Positions 17,634-26,832 of a stretch of 64,000 nt of DNA are shown one piece after another. Source of the stretch: Vicinamibacteria bacterium. GTDB taxonomy: Bacteria; Acidobacteriota; Vicinamibacteria; Fen-336. A program made the translations under genes and the position numbers. Position 1 is the first letter of the stretch. The number at the start of each line of letters is the position of its first letter. The stretch covers positions 1,047 to 65,046 of the forward strand of contig DASSJI010000246.1 of NCBI GenBank assembly GCA_035691285.1, written 5' to 3'. The notes beneath the pieces were generated by a model. That model ran no database searches, was not told where the DNA came from, and saw nothing but the letters and a program-made list of their open reading frames with translations.

Positions 17634-20186
17634 ATGCCCGAAAAGCCTGCCACCCCCACCCTCTCGGAACGAAGCACGCTCGACCGGACGGTTTCGCGTT
17701 CGGCCGGCTCCTTCGACCGCTACCGGCTTCTGCAGCGTGTCGGCGAAGGTGGCATGGGCGAAGTGTGGCTGGCGGAGCAGACTGAACCGGTTCGTCGGCA
17801 GGTCGCTCTCAAGGTCATCAAGGTCGGGATGGACTCGGCTCAGGTCGTCGCCCGCTTCGAGGCCGAGCGTCAGGCGCTGGCGCTCATGGACCACCCGGGC
17901 ATCGCCACCGTCTTCGACGGCGGAACGACGCCCGAGGGACGCCCGTTCTTCGCCATGGAGCTCGTAAGGGGCGAACCCATCACGACGTACTGCGACCGGC
18001 ACCGGCTCACGACAAGGCAGCGGCTGGAGCTGTTCATGCTGGTCTGTGAGGGCGTCCAGCATGCGCATCAGAAAGGGATCATCCACCGTGACCTGAAACC
18101 CTCGAACCTGCTGGTGACCATCCAGGACGAACGCCCGGTTCCCAAGATCATCGACTTCGGTGTGGCGAAGGCGACGGCCCAGCACCTGACCGAGCGCACC
18201 CTGTTCACGGAGCTCGGAGCCCTGATCGGCACACCGGAGTACATGAGCCCGGAGCAAGCCGAGATGGGGGCACTCGACATAGACACCCGGACCGACATCT
18301 ATGCCCTCGGAGTCCTGCTGTACGAGCTGCTGACCGGCTCGCTGCCCTTTTCCAGGAGGGAGCTGGGGCAAGCCGGATTCTCGGAGATCCAGCGGATCAT
18401 TCGTGAGAAGGAACCGCCGCGCCCCAGCACCAGGATCACCGAGCTCGGGGCCGCTTCGACAGAAGCTGCGAGCAATCGTCACACCGAGCCGCTGCGGCTC
18501 GCGAGCGAACTGCGTGGAGACCTGGACTGGATCACGATGCGTGCGCTCGAGAAGGACCGCACCCGGCGCTACCAGACAGCGGGCGCGCTGAGCGCCGAGA
18601 TCCTCCGCTACCTGAGCAACGAGCCGGTGTCGGCCGGGCCTCCGAGTCCCGCATACCGGGCGAAGAAGTTCCTGCGACGACATCGTGTCGGTGTCGCCGC
18701 GGGGGCGACGGTCGCCGCGGCCCTGATCGTCGGGCTCGGCGCCGCGCTGATCGGACTGCGGGCGGCGGTGCGTGCCCGCGACGCGGAAGCAACGGCGCGA
18801 AAGCAGGCCGAGTCCGCGCTCGAGTTCGTCTCGGACATGTTCGGGGCGGTGGATCCCAGGCTGGCGCGGGGGCACGACGTCACGGTTGCGGAGATCGTCG
18901 ATCCGGCGGCGGCTAAAGTCGCTCGATCTTTCGCAGGCGACGCCGAGGGCGAGGCCGTGGTCCGAGGCGTGATCGGTCAAGCCTACTCGAATCTGGCGCG
19001 ATACCCCGACGCCCTGCGCGAGTTCGATCGGGCCTTTGAGCTCCGTCAGGCGCTCGGCCAGGCGAGCACTCCGCCGGCCCTCAGCCTGCGGCACAACTGG
19101 GGGGCGACGCTTCTGGCATCGGGAGACGTGGCGCGGGCCCGCGACCTGCTTCGACAGGTGTGGCAGGAACGTTCCGTCCGCCTCGGGCCGACGCACCGGG
19201 ACGCCCTGGCCACCCGGAGCCTCCTGGCCTATGCCAGGCAGCTGGCAGGTGACCTGGACGGCGCCACCGCGGAGATCCGGGAGGTCCTGCGGGACCAGGA
19301 AAGGAGCCTCGGGCCGGGTGACCGCGACACCTTGGAGTCCCAGTGCAGCCTTGCGGACATGCTCAATAGCGCCGGCCAGCCCGAGGAGGCGCTCCGAGTG
19401 GCCCACGAGGCCGCCACGCGAGCGGCGTCCGCTCATGGAGCCGACGGCGACCTCGCCCTGATGGCCGCCAGCATTGAAGCGGAGTCCCTGGACGACCTGT
19501 CGCGCCACGAAGAGGCAGCGACGCTCCTCGCTCGTGTCGTTCGCGGCAAGGAACGACTGTATGGCCCCAACCACCCCGAAACCCTTGTGTCGATGGATCT
19601 GCTGGCGAGCAGCCTCAAGAGCCTCGGCCAGGACGAACGGGCAATTACCCTGAATCGTGCGGTCGTCGACCGGGCGACGCGGACGCTTGGAGAAGGGCAC
19701 GCATCGACGTTGACCTACATGAACAACCTGGCGCAGGCGCTGCGCCAGGGCGGGCGCCTCGCGGAGGCGGAGCCCATCTTCCGCCGCGTCATCGAGCTAC
19801 GCAGCCAGCACGACGGACCGCGGGCGACAGAAACGATGATTGCGACGAGCAACCTGGGTCTCCTGCTGCTGCAGCGCAACGCCCCCGTGGCCGCCTTGCC
19901 GCTCCTCCGCGAGGCGGTCGACGGCCTTCGATCGAGCCTGCCTCCGGATCATTGGATGATCGGCGTCGCGCTTCTGAACCTCGGCCGGTGCCAGACGGCC
20001 TTGCACGAACATTCCGTCGCCGAAGTGACCTTGCTCGATGCGCATGCCCGGCTGCAGAAGTCGCTTGGCGCGACCCATGGGCGAACCAATCAAGCCAGGA
20101 TGGCGCTGACGGGGCTCTACACGGCCTGGGGCAAGCCCGAGAAGGCCAAGACTTGGAGGGAGAGCCTGGAAGCGCCGGGGCAGTAG
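17634..20186 (+). CDS. Ser/Thr protein kinase with long C-terminal TPR-repeat domain
   Basis: The kinase core shows GEGGMGEVWLA, VALKVIK, HRDLKPSN, DFG and PEY/SPE motifs. A TM segment (VGVAAGATVAAALIVGLGAAL) is followed by approx. 450 aa of TPR-like repeats. Confidence 0.85.
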   Translation: MPEKPATPTLSERSTLDRTVSRSAGSFDRYRLLQRVGEGGMGEVWLAEQTEPVRRQVALKVIKVGMDSAQVVARFEAERQALALMDHPGIATVFDGGTTPEGRPFFAMELVRGEPITTYCDRHRLTTRQRLELFMLVCEGVQHAHQKGIIHRDLKPSNLLVTIQDERPVPKIIDFGVAKATAQHLTERTLFTELGALIGTPEYMSPEQAEMGALDIDTRTDIYALGVLLYELLTGSLPFSRRELGQAGFSEIQRIIREKEPPRPSTRITELGAASTEAASNRHTEPLRLASELRGDLDWITMRALEKDRTRRYQTAGALSAEILRYLSNEPVSAGPPSPAYRAKKFLRRHRVGVAAGATVAAALIVGLGAALIGLRAAVRARDAEATARKQAESALEFVSDMFGAVDPRLARGHDVTVAEIVDPAAAKVARSFAGDAEGEAVVRGVIGQAYSNLARYPDALREFDRAFELRQALGQASTPPALSLRHNWGATLLASGDVARARDLLRQVWQERSVRLGPTHRDALATRSLLAYARQLAGDLDGATAEIREVLRDQERSLGPGDRDTLESQCSLADMLNSAGQPEEALRVAHEAATRAASAHGADGDLALMAASIEAESLDDLSRHEEAATLLARVVRGKERLYGPNHPETLVSMDLLASSLKSLGQDERAITLNRAVVDRATRTLGEGHASTLTYMNNLAQALRQGGRLAEAEPIFRRVIELRSQHDGPRATETMIATSNLGLLLLQRNAPVAALPLLREAVDGLRSSLPPDHWMIGVALLNLGRCQTALHEHSVAEVTLLDAHARLQKSLGATHGRTNQARMALTGLYTAWGKPEKAKTWRESLEAPGQ

Positions 20187-20361
20187 GAGGGAAAAGGGGG
20201 TTGCCATCATGAAGCCCGCGACACTCTTTGGAAGCATACGAGCAGCTTCCATGGAGTAAGCCTGGCGATGTGCCGTTGATGGTCACACTGGGTACCTTCG
20301 CGCGCCGGAGCCCGCGCCTGGACCATTTGCATCATTGACATGACGCAGCCGGCCCCCGACC

Positions 20362-22539
20362 GTGGGGACAAGCGCCGGCGGCTGGTTTCATCGGAGGGGC
20401 GAAGCGGTGGCAGGTGAGAGAGCATCCGCTCGGCGTGGCTTGACGCTCGAGAACGGCGCCCGTGTGGGCGTGATCGGCGGCGGCCCGGCCGGGTCGTTCT
20501 TCGCCTACCACCTCCTGTCGTTCGCAGAGCGAGCCGATCTTGCCCTTCAGGTCGACATCTTCGAGCCCCGGGATTTCACGGTCGCGGGACCTGCCGGCTG
20601 CAATATGTGCGGGGGTATCGTCTCCGAGTCGCTGGTCCAGGCCCTGGCCGTCGAGGGCATCCTGCTCCCGCCGTCGTTGGTCCAGCGCGGCATCGACTCC
20701 TACGTGCTGCACACGGCGGACGGGCATCTCTCTATCGGGACGCCTCTCAGGGAGAAGCGCATCGCCGCCCTCCACCGCGGGGGTGGGCCACGCGATGCCG
20801 AGGCGCTGCGCTTCGGGGGCCTCGACGGCTACCTGCTGGGGCTCGCGAAGGACCGGGGCGCGAAACCGGTCAGGGCGCGCGTCACGGACGTCGGCTGGGA
20901 CGCGCAGGGACGCCCCGAGGTGCGGCTCAAGGGGGAGGCCCGGAGCTACGACCTGCTCGTCGGCGCCACCGGGGTCAACTCCAGCGCGTGGCACCTGTTC
21001 GAGGAGCTGGGCCTGCCGTCCAGGCCTCCGCGAACGGCGAAGACGTTTGTGACCGAGCTCAATCTCGGACGAGCCACGGTCTCGCGGTGTTTCGGCGACG
21101 CCATGCATCTCTTCCTGCTGGACATTCCCAGGCTCGACTGCGCCGCGATGGTCCCGAAAGGCGACTTCGTGACCGTCTGTCTGCTCGGCGCGGGCGTCGA
21201 TGCGAGCACGATCGACGCTTTCTTCCGCAGCGAGCCGGTTCGAAGCTGCCTGCCGCCCGATGCCACGCCCGGGCCGGGCAAGTGCCATTGCGCGCCCCGG
21301 ATCACCGAGAGGGAGGCCACGCGACCCTTCATCGATCGTGTGGCGCTCGTCGGCGATTGCGGGGTGAGTCGGCTCTACAAGGACGGCATCGGCTCTGCTT
21401 ATCGGACCGCGAAGGCCGTCGCGCGCGCCGCCGTTTTCAGCGGCGTCGCCGCCAAGGACTTCGAAAGACACTACTTGCCACTGTACCGCGCGATCGCCCG
21501 GGACAACCGCTATGGGGAGCTGGTCTTCGCCGTGATGCACGTCCTCAAGGCGGTTCCCCCGGCGCTTCGGGGCGTCTTGGGGATGGTCGCTCGCGAACAG
21601 GTCGGAGGCGACGACGGGGCAGCGTCGATGAGCCACGTGCTGTGGGACATCTTCACCGGGAGCGCTGCCTATCGGCAGATCTTCTTCCGAACGCTTCACC
21701 CCCGCTTCGTGACCAGGCTCGCGACGGAGGTTGTTCGCTCCGTGCTGGGCGGGCGGCCCACGTGCGCCAATGCGCTCGCTCCGACACGGGCGGCGCTGGC
21801 GGATGCAGCGAGCGGTGGCGACGACGGCGAGGCGCTGCGCTACGGGGAGGCGGGCATGAACGAGGGTGTGCTGGGCCGCGACTACGCCGACGGCGAGCTG
21901 TGTTGTCGTCAAGGAGAGCTGGGCGATCGCATGTTCGTCCTCCAAACGGGACGCGCCGAGGTGGTCTGCATGGAAGGCGGCCGGGAGGTCGTGATCGGGG
22001 AGCTCGGCCCAGGGGAGGTGTTCGGCCAGATGGCGCTGGTCGACAGGCGGCCCCGCTCCGCCAGCGTGCGCGCAAAAGGCCCCGCCCGGATCCTGACGCT
22101 GGACAAGCGGGCCTTCCTGCGCCGCGTGCACGAGGACCCTTCGCTCGCCTACAAGATGCTCGAGAGCATGTCGCAGATGGTTCGGCGCCTGGACGAGGAG
22201 CTCGCGTTGCTGCGCAACGCGAGCCAGATCGCCCTCGTGCGCTACGTCTACGTGGTGCCCGAGGACCAGCCCGAGCTGTACCAGCGGTTGCAGCACGAGT
22301 TCGAGGGCGATCCCGAGGTGGAGATCGTGACGGATCGCCGGCACGGCGAGCGGCGCAGGGTTGAAGGGGAGTTCTCACGCGAGCGGCGGCGCTCCAGCCG
22401 TCGGGGCGACGCGGATGCGTGGAGCGTCCACCTGACGCAGGCTTTCCGCCGCGGACGCGGCCGCCCCACCCGCTCCGAAGAGGCGACCTCTGATCCGGTT
22501 CGAGAGATCCCGGCAGCATCCAGGGTGCGATCAGGATGA
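20362..22539 (+). CDS. FAD-dependent oxidoreductase (geranylgeranyl-reductase-like Rossmann N-terminus) fused to a C-terminal cyclic-nucleotide-binding (CAP_ED) domain
   Basis: GVIGGGPAGSFFAYHL dinucleotide-binding motif. The C-terminal part (GELGDRMFVLQTGRAEVV...GEVFGQMALVDRRPRSASVRA...) matches cNMP-binding beta-barrel signatures, followed by an Arg-rich tail. The start is uncertain: GTG at 20362 or GTG at 20407 after GGAGG. Confidence 0.75.
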   Translation: MGTSAGGWFHRRGEAVAGERASARRGLTLENGARVGVIGGGPAGSFFAYHLLSFAERADLALQVDIFEPRDFTVAGPAGCNMCGGIVSESLVQALAVEGILLPPSLVQRGIDSYVLHTADGHLSIGTPLREKRIAALHRGGGPRDAEALRFGGLDGYLLGLAKDRGAKPVRARVTDVGWDAQGRPEVRLKGEARSYDLLVGATGVNSSAWHLFEELGLPSRPPRTAKTFVTELNLGRATVSRCFGDAMHLFLLDIPRLDCAAMVPKGDFVTVCLLGAGVDASTIDAFFRSEPVRSCLPPDATPGPGKCHCAPRITEREATRPFIDRVALVGDCGVSRLYKDGIGSAYRTAKAVARAAVFSGVAAKDFERHYLPLYRAIARDNRYGELVFAVMHVLKAVPPALRGVLGMVAREQVGGDDGAASMSHVLWDIFTGSAAYRQIFFRTLHPRFVTRLATEVVRSVLGGRPTCANALAPTRAALADAASGGDDGEALRYGEAGMNEGVLGRDYADGELCCRQGELGDRMFVLQTGRAEVVCMEGGREVVIGELGPGEVFGQMALVDRRPRSASVRAKGPARILTLDKRAFLRRVHEDPSLAYKMLESMSQMVRRLDEELALLRNASQIALVRYVYVVPEDQPELYQRLQHEFEGDPEVEIVTDRRHGERRRVEGEFSRERRRSSRRGDADAWSVHLTQAFRRGRGRPTRSEEATSDPVREIPAASRVRSG

Positions 22540-23313
22540 TGGCGCAGGGGCGTCCCTTGTTTGGTGCTCGGCGTCCGCCAGACCGCTCTCACGGAGCGCC
22601 TCGAAACGCGCCTCGCAGAGCTCCTTGAAGCGGGTCAGGATGTTCGAGGTCACTCGGTTGTGGATCCACTCCCAGAACCCGCCCATCAGGTGGGATCCGG
22701 GCCAGTTGCGCTTCCCGTAGAAGTTGAAGCTCACCAAGAAGAAGACCTGCGTCTGCTCGCGTTCGCCCTGGCTCGGGATGCTCGAGCGCACGTAGACGCT
22801 GAGGATCCCGATCGGGTACCCGCCACTGCACGAGAACAAGAGGAAGCGGGCGCTGTCGACGTCCTGCGCGTCTGGTCGATCCTGGACCTGGAGCTCGTCG
22901 AGCTGGAACAGGGGGCCGAACAGCGACCCTCGGCGTCCCAACAGGTAGACCCGCAGCCGCTCGGTACCCTTGCCAACGCGCTCCAGCGCCGCGAGGTGAC
23001 ACGGCCAGCAAAGCGTGGCCACCTCGGGGCTGCGGAGCTCCCCGAAGACGTAGCGGGCGGGCACATCGACGCCGATCCGGTGGATGTTGAGCACGTCGTA
23101 CGGCTCGACGCTGACGCCCAGCCTCTGCAGGATGCGCCGGCCGTACTCCTCCCGCACGTCCGGGGAGGCGAACTCGATCCGCGTGGGCGAGGACGGGCTG
23201 TGCAGGAGATAGTGCCGGACGTCGGAGAGGAGCCCGCGGCTCGGCACTGGGCCGCCCCTGGAGCGGGTCGCCGCCGCTTCACGCGCCCTGTCCCGTGCCA
23301 CCGGAGATGTCAC
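22531..23313 (-). CDS. Hypothetical protein (no confident family assignment); compositionally atypical (lower GC)
   Basis: 260-aa ORF with GTG start preceded by GAGAGGA. GC is visibly lower than the flanks. It contains FLVSFNFYGKRNWPGSHLMGGFWEWIHNRV, and no motif I can place. Its 3' end overlaps the convergent upstream gene by 9 bp. Confidence 0.45.
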   Translation of the reverse strand: MTSPVARDRAREAAATRSRGGPVPSRGLLSDVRHYLLHSPSSPTRIEFASPDVREEYGRRILQRLGVSVEPYDVLNIHRIGVDVPARYVFGELRSPEVATLCWPCHLAALERVGKGTERLRVYLLGRRGSLFGPLFQLDELQVQDRPDAQDVDSARFLLFSCSGGYPIGILSVYVRSSIPSQGEREQTQVFFLVSFNFYGKRNWPGSHLMGGFWEWIHNRVTSNILTRFKELCEARFEALRESGLADAEHQTRDAPAPSS

Positions 23314-23500
23314 ATTCTATCCTCTCGCCGTGGCCCGCCGAGCTGAACGTGCATCCGCCGCCTGGCTCTTCGATTGCTCGGGGCCATTTAGGGTAGGGCT
23401 CCCACCACGGCGCTCGCCTGCGTGAGCGGAGACCCGACTCTGTTCCTGGCCGTCACCGCACTCTGGGCATCGCTCTGTGACACGGGCACGTGCGCCGTCT

Positions 23501-26134
23501 CTAGCGCAGGCCGTCGACGAGGTACAGGCTCCCGAGACTGCGCCAGTAGCTGTACACGTACGAGCGCCCGTCCGCGCAGAGAAGCGGTGACAGGTGGACG
23601 ATGCCGGCGGGATCTCCGGGCGTGATCTCGCGCCATGCCTCGCGGCGCCCGCTCGAGAGGTCGAGGCGGAAGACGCGGATCAGCATGCGCTCGCTGTGCG
23701 TGACGAAGAGCGACCGCCCGTCGGCGCTCCACACCGCGATCTGACCCGGCTCCGGATCGACCGGCACCACTTGCGGCTCTCCGCCCTCGACGGAGTGGAG
23801 GAGGACGCGGTTCGCAGCGTCGCGGGCGGCCACACGAAGGCCGTCGGGCGATATGGCGTCGGCCACCACGCCCTCGGGCGTCACCGCCCGCGGCTCCCCG
23901 CCGGTCGCGTCCATTACGTACGAGCGCCAGGGCTGGCCGGCATGCCGGCCGCTCAGGAGCACGCGCGTGCCACCGGCGGCCCAGGCCGCACCCCCGTACT
24001 CGATGCCCGGATCGCCGAAGGCTTTCGTCTCGCCCGCCCCGGTCGGCAGCAGCATCAGCTCCGTCGCGTGGTCCTGCGATTGCGCCAGGACCCACTTGGA
24101 GTCCGGCGACAGCGCGAGCGCGAAGCCGTCCCCCACGCGGACGGCCGGCGACAGCCCGTCGGTCTTCCGGACGTAGATCGCGCGCATGCGCCGCGTGCCT
24201 TCGCCGCTCTCGATTCCGACGAGGGTGCGCCCGTCGGGCGACAGATCCGCAGGCGACGAGAGGTCCAGCCACGACAGGTCGCGCTCGTGGGTCTCCCCCG
24301 GCGCCACCCCCATCACTCCCGCCCGGACGTCGGAGAGGCTCACGAGCGCGCGACCCTCCGGCGAGACGTCGTGCAGCAGCGCGAACGCCGGCAACCGTGC
24401 GAGCAGCCGCTTGCGCCCGGAGAGCGCCACCCCCCAGAGGGAGGAGTTCGGCCCGGCCTCGCTCGCCGGGAACCAGACCTCGTCGCCGCGCGGGGACCAG
24501 CCCAGCGAGTTCAGCCAGCGCCAGCCGTTCGTCAGCGCCCGTGCCTCGCCCCTGCGGTCGACGACAGACACGCTCCGGTACTCGTCGCCGCGCGTGGCGT
24601 CGCTCTCGACGAAGGCGACCCGGTCGCCGTCGGGCGACACCCGTGGCGCCATGACGACGTGGCTCGCCTCGTAAAGGACGCGGCCGACCGGGTACTCGAG
24701 ACGCCGCTTTCCGCCGACGACCCGGACCACGGCCAGCTCCGTGCCGTCGGGCGACCAGTCCGCGCCCTGGACGTCCTCGAGCAGCTCTCTGGGCGCCCCG
24801 CCGGCGAGCGGGACGCGGGCGAGGGTCCCGAGGCTGTGGGACGGGAAGCCGAGGGAGCGGCGGAGCAGCACGGCGATCTCGCCCCGCGAGGAGACCGAGA
24901 GCGCGTCCGCGTCGGGGAGGTCGAGGGCGCGCGACTCCGGGTTCTCGGTGCGCGTCGAGAAGACCCGGGCCGGCTGGCCGTCCCAGGCGGCGCCATAGAC
25001 GATGGTCTGGCCGTCGGGCGCGAACTGTGCGCTCCCGCAATGGCCGCGACGGAAGGTCAAGCGCTGGAACGACAGTGGCGGCCGATCGCTCGTCTCCCGC
25101 CCGACGAGGAACGCAGCGCCAACAAGTGCGGTCAGGAGCGCCGCTCCCAGGGTCCGCCGCGCGCGCCGGCCAATGGTCAGGGTGGAGCGGATCGCCGCCG
25201 CGCCCGGAGCGGATCCGCCTGACGAAAGCGCCTCCAGCGAGAAGGCTACGTCGCGCGCGGAGTCGAAGCGCTCCTCTGGCCGCTTCTCGAGGCAACGGCG
25301 CACGACGCGCGCGAGCCCTGTGGGAACCGCCGGATCCATCTCCGTCAGGTCCGGCGGGTCCTCTCGAAGGATCGCGGTCATCACCTCGGGAGCGGTCTCG
25401 CCGCGAAACGCTCGACGTCCGGAGAACAGCTCGAAGAGCACGGTGCCCAGGGAGAAGAGGTCCGACCGATGGTCGACGGGCAACCCCTTCACCTGCTCGG
25501 GGGACATGTAGCCGACCGTGCCCATCACGGCGCCGGGCATCGTGCCCGAGAGCGTCGAGCGCTCGCTCGCCGTCGCGCCGTGGCCCCACTCGGGCCGGAG
25601 CTTGGCGATGCCGAAGTCCAGGATCTTGACGAGGCCGTCACGCGTCACGAAGACGTTCTCGGGCTTGAGGTCGCGATGGACGATGCCCTTCTCGTGGGCC
25701 GCCGCCAGGCCTCGCGCCATCTGGCCGGCGTAGTCCAGGGCGCGCCTCAGGCTCGGCCGCTCGCCCTCGATCACTTCGCGCAGGCTGGCTCCGTCCAGGA
25801 GTTCCGAAACGATGTACGGCGTGTCGTCCTGGCGGCCGACGTCGAAGACGACGACGAGGTTCGGGTGGCTCAGGGTCCCGGCTGCGCGAGCTTCCTGCTC
25901 GAAACGGCGCAGCCGTCCGGCGTCCTGCGCGAAAGCGGGCGGCACCGTCTTGATCGCGACGCGCCGGCCCAGCCGCGAGTCCTGGGCTTCGTAGACCTCC
26001 CCCATTCCGCCGTGCCCGCGCAACGAGAGGATCTCGTAGGGACCCAGCCGCGTGCCCGGCGCCAAGGCCACGAGCGGTCCGTTCAGGCGCCCGTGTCGGT
26101 GTCCGGAGCTTGCGGGATCGTGAGGCGGAGCCAC
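23501..26134 (-). CDS. Ser/Thr protein kinase with C-terminal TolB/WD40-like beta-propeller repeats
   Basis: Kinase motifs [23 protein letters not shown] and DFG. After a TM segment come repeated blades with recurring GQPWRSYV / SPDG motifs. Ends ...YLVDGLR*. The GTG at 26134 overlaps the upstream gene by 52 bp; an alternative GTG at 26071 would leave an 11-bp gap. Confidence 0.8.
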   Translation of the reverse strand: MAPPHDPASSGHRHGRLNGPLVALAPGTRLGPYEILSLRGHGGMGEVYEAQDSRLGRRVAIKTVPPAFAQDAGRLRRFEQEARAAGTLSHPNLVVVFDVGRQDDTPYIVSELLDGASLREVIEGERPSLRRALDYAGQMARGLAAAHEKGIVHRDLKPENVFVTRDGLVKILDFGIAKLRPEWGHGATASERSTLSGTMPGAVMGTVGYMSPEQVKGLPVDHRSDLFSLGTVLFELFSGRRAFRGETAPEVMTAILREDPPDLTEMDPAVPTGLARVVRRCLEKRPEERFDSARDVAFSLEALSSGGSAPGAAAIRSTLTIGRRARRTLGAALLTALVGAAFLVGRETSDRPPLSFQRLTFRRGHCGSAQFAPDGQTIVYGAAWDGQPARVFSTRTENPESRALDLPDADALSVSSRGEIAVLLRRSLGFPSHSLGTLARVPLAGGAPRELLEDVQGADWSPDGTELAVVRVVGGKRRLEYPVGRVLYEASHVVMAPRVSPDGDRVAFVESDATRGDEYRSVSVVDRRGEARALTNGWRWLNSLGWSPRGDEVWFPASEAGPNSSLWGVALSGRKRLLARLPAFALLHDVSPEGRALVSLSDVRAGVMGVAPGETHERDLSWLDLSSPADLSPDGRTLVGIESGEGTRRMRAIYVRKTDGLSPAVRVGDGFALALSPDSKWVLAQSQDHATELMLLPTGAGETKAFGDPGIEYGGAAWAAGGTRVLLSGRHAGQPWRSYVMDATGGEPRAVTPEGVVADAISPDGLRVAARDAANRVLLHSVEGGEPQVVPVDPEPGQIAVWSADGRSLFVTHSERMLIRVFRLDLSSGRREAWREITPGDPAGIVHLSPLLCADGRSYVYSYWRSLGSLYLVDGLR

Positions 26135-26718
26135 GCCAGCATCGACCCGAGGCGGATGTGGTCGCCGTCCGAGAGCACCACGGGCGACCCCACCCGGACC
26201 CCCTGCACGTAGGTGCCGTTCTTGCTGCCCAGGTCCTCGAGGACGATCCTCTTGTCGGTGACGCGCAGGCGGGCGTGACGCCGGGACACGCCGGGCGCGC
26301 TCAGGGAGACCAGCGCCTCGGGCGCGCGACCCAGGATGTGCTCTCCCTCCGTGAGCGCGGCTCGCCCTCCCTCCCAGACCAGCCAGGCGCGGGCCGAGCC
26401 CGCCTCGGAAGACGAGTCCGTATGGCCGCAGAACGCGTATCCGCGCCCATGCTCGGTGCGGACGAAGCGCGGGGCGTCAGCCGCGTCGCCGAGGGCGGCC
26501 CGGACCTCGGATACGAGGACCGCGAGGTTGCCGTCGGTCACCGCCGCGTCCGGCCACAGCGCGGCCATCAGATCCGCCTTGGGCACGGTTCGCGGGCGCG
26601 CCTCCAGCAACACCCGGAGCAGGTCGTGCGCCTTGGGCGAGAGGTGGACCGGCTCCTGCCCGCGGAGCAACCGGCGACGCCCGGTGTCGAGACCGAACTC
26701 CCCGAACTGGACGCGCAT
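26083..26718 (-). CDS. Winged-helix (OmpR/EmbR-type trans_reg_C) + FHA domain regulator
   Basis: MRVQFGEFGLDTGRRRLLRGQEPVHLSPKAHDLLRVLL...RFVRTEHGRGYAF (wHTH) is followed by an FHA domain (GEHILGRAPEALVSLSAPGVSRRHARLRV...LEDLGSKNGTYVQG...DGDHIRLG). Located immediately upstream of the kinase. Confidence 0.8.
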   Translation of the reverse strand: MRVQFGEFGLDTGRRRLLRGQEPVHLSPKAHDLLRVLLEARPRTVPKADLMAALWPDAAVTDGNLAVLVSEVRAALGDAADAPRFVRTEHGRGYAFCGHTDSSSEAGSARAWLVWEGGRAALTEGEHILGRAPEALVSLSAPGVSRRHARLRVTDKRIVLEDLGSKNGTYVQGVRVGSPVVLSDGDHIRLGSMLAWLRLTIPQAPDTDTGA

Positions 26719-26832
26719 TGATGGCGGTCGGCGTCCGAATCCTAAGGATTCTCTAATGACTTTGGCAAGCGAGCCTCGCAGATTCGCTGACGACAGCCCA
26801 CGGCGACTGTGACCGGCGAAAGGAGGGGAGCG

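Noticed and set aside
16956-19700. 914-aa minus-strand ORF spanning the TPR kinase gene
   Set aside because: Antisense artefact. Its only meaningful part is the 78-bp kinase-blade remnant at 17483-17560, reported separately as a pseudogene fragment.
20332-22344. 670-aa minus-strand ORF and the 585-aa plus-strand ORF 20607..22364
   Set aside because: Antisense or out-of-frame shadows of the FAD-oxidoreductase/cNMP-binding gene, which has a clear Rossmann motif and a CAP_ED domain.
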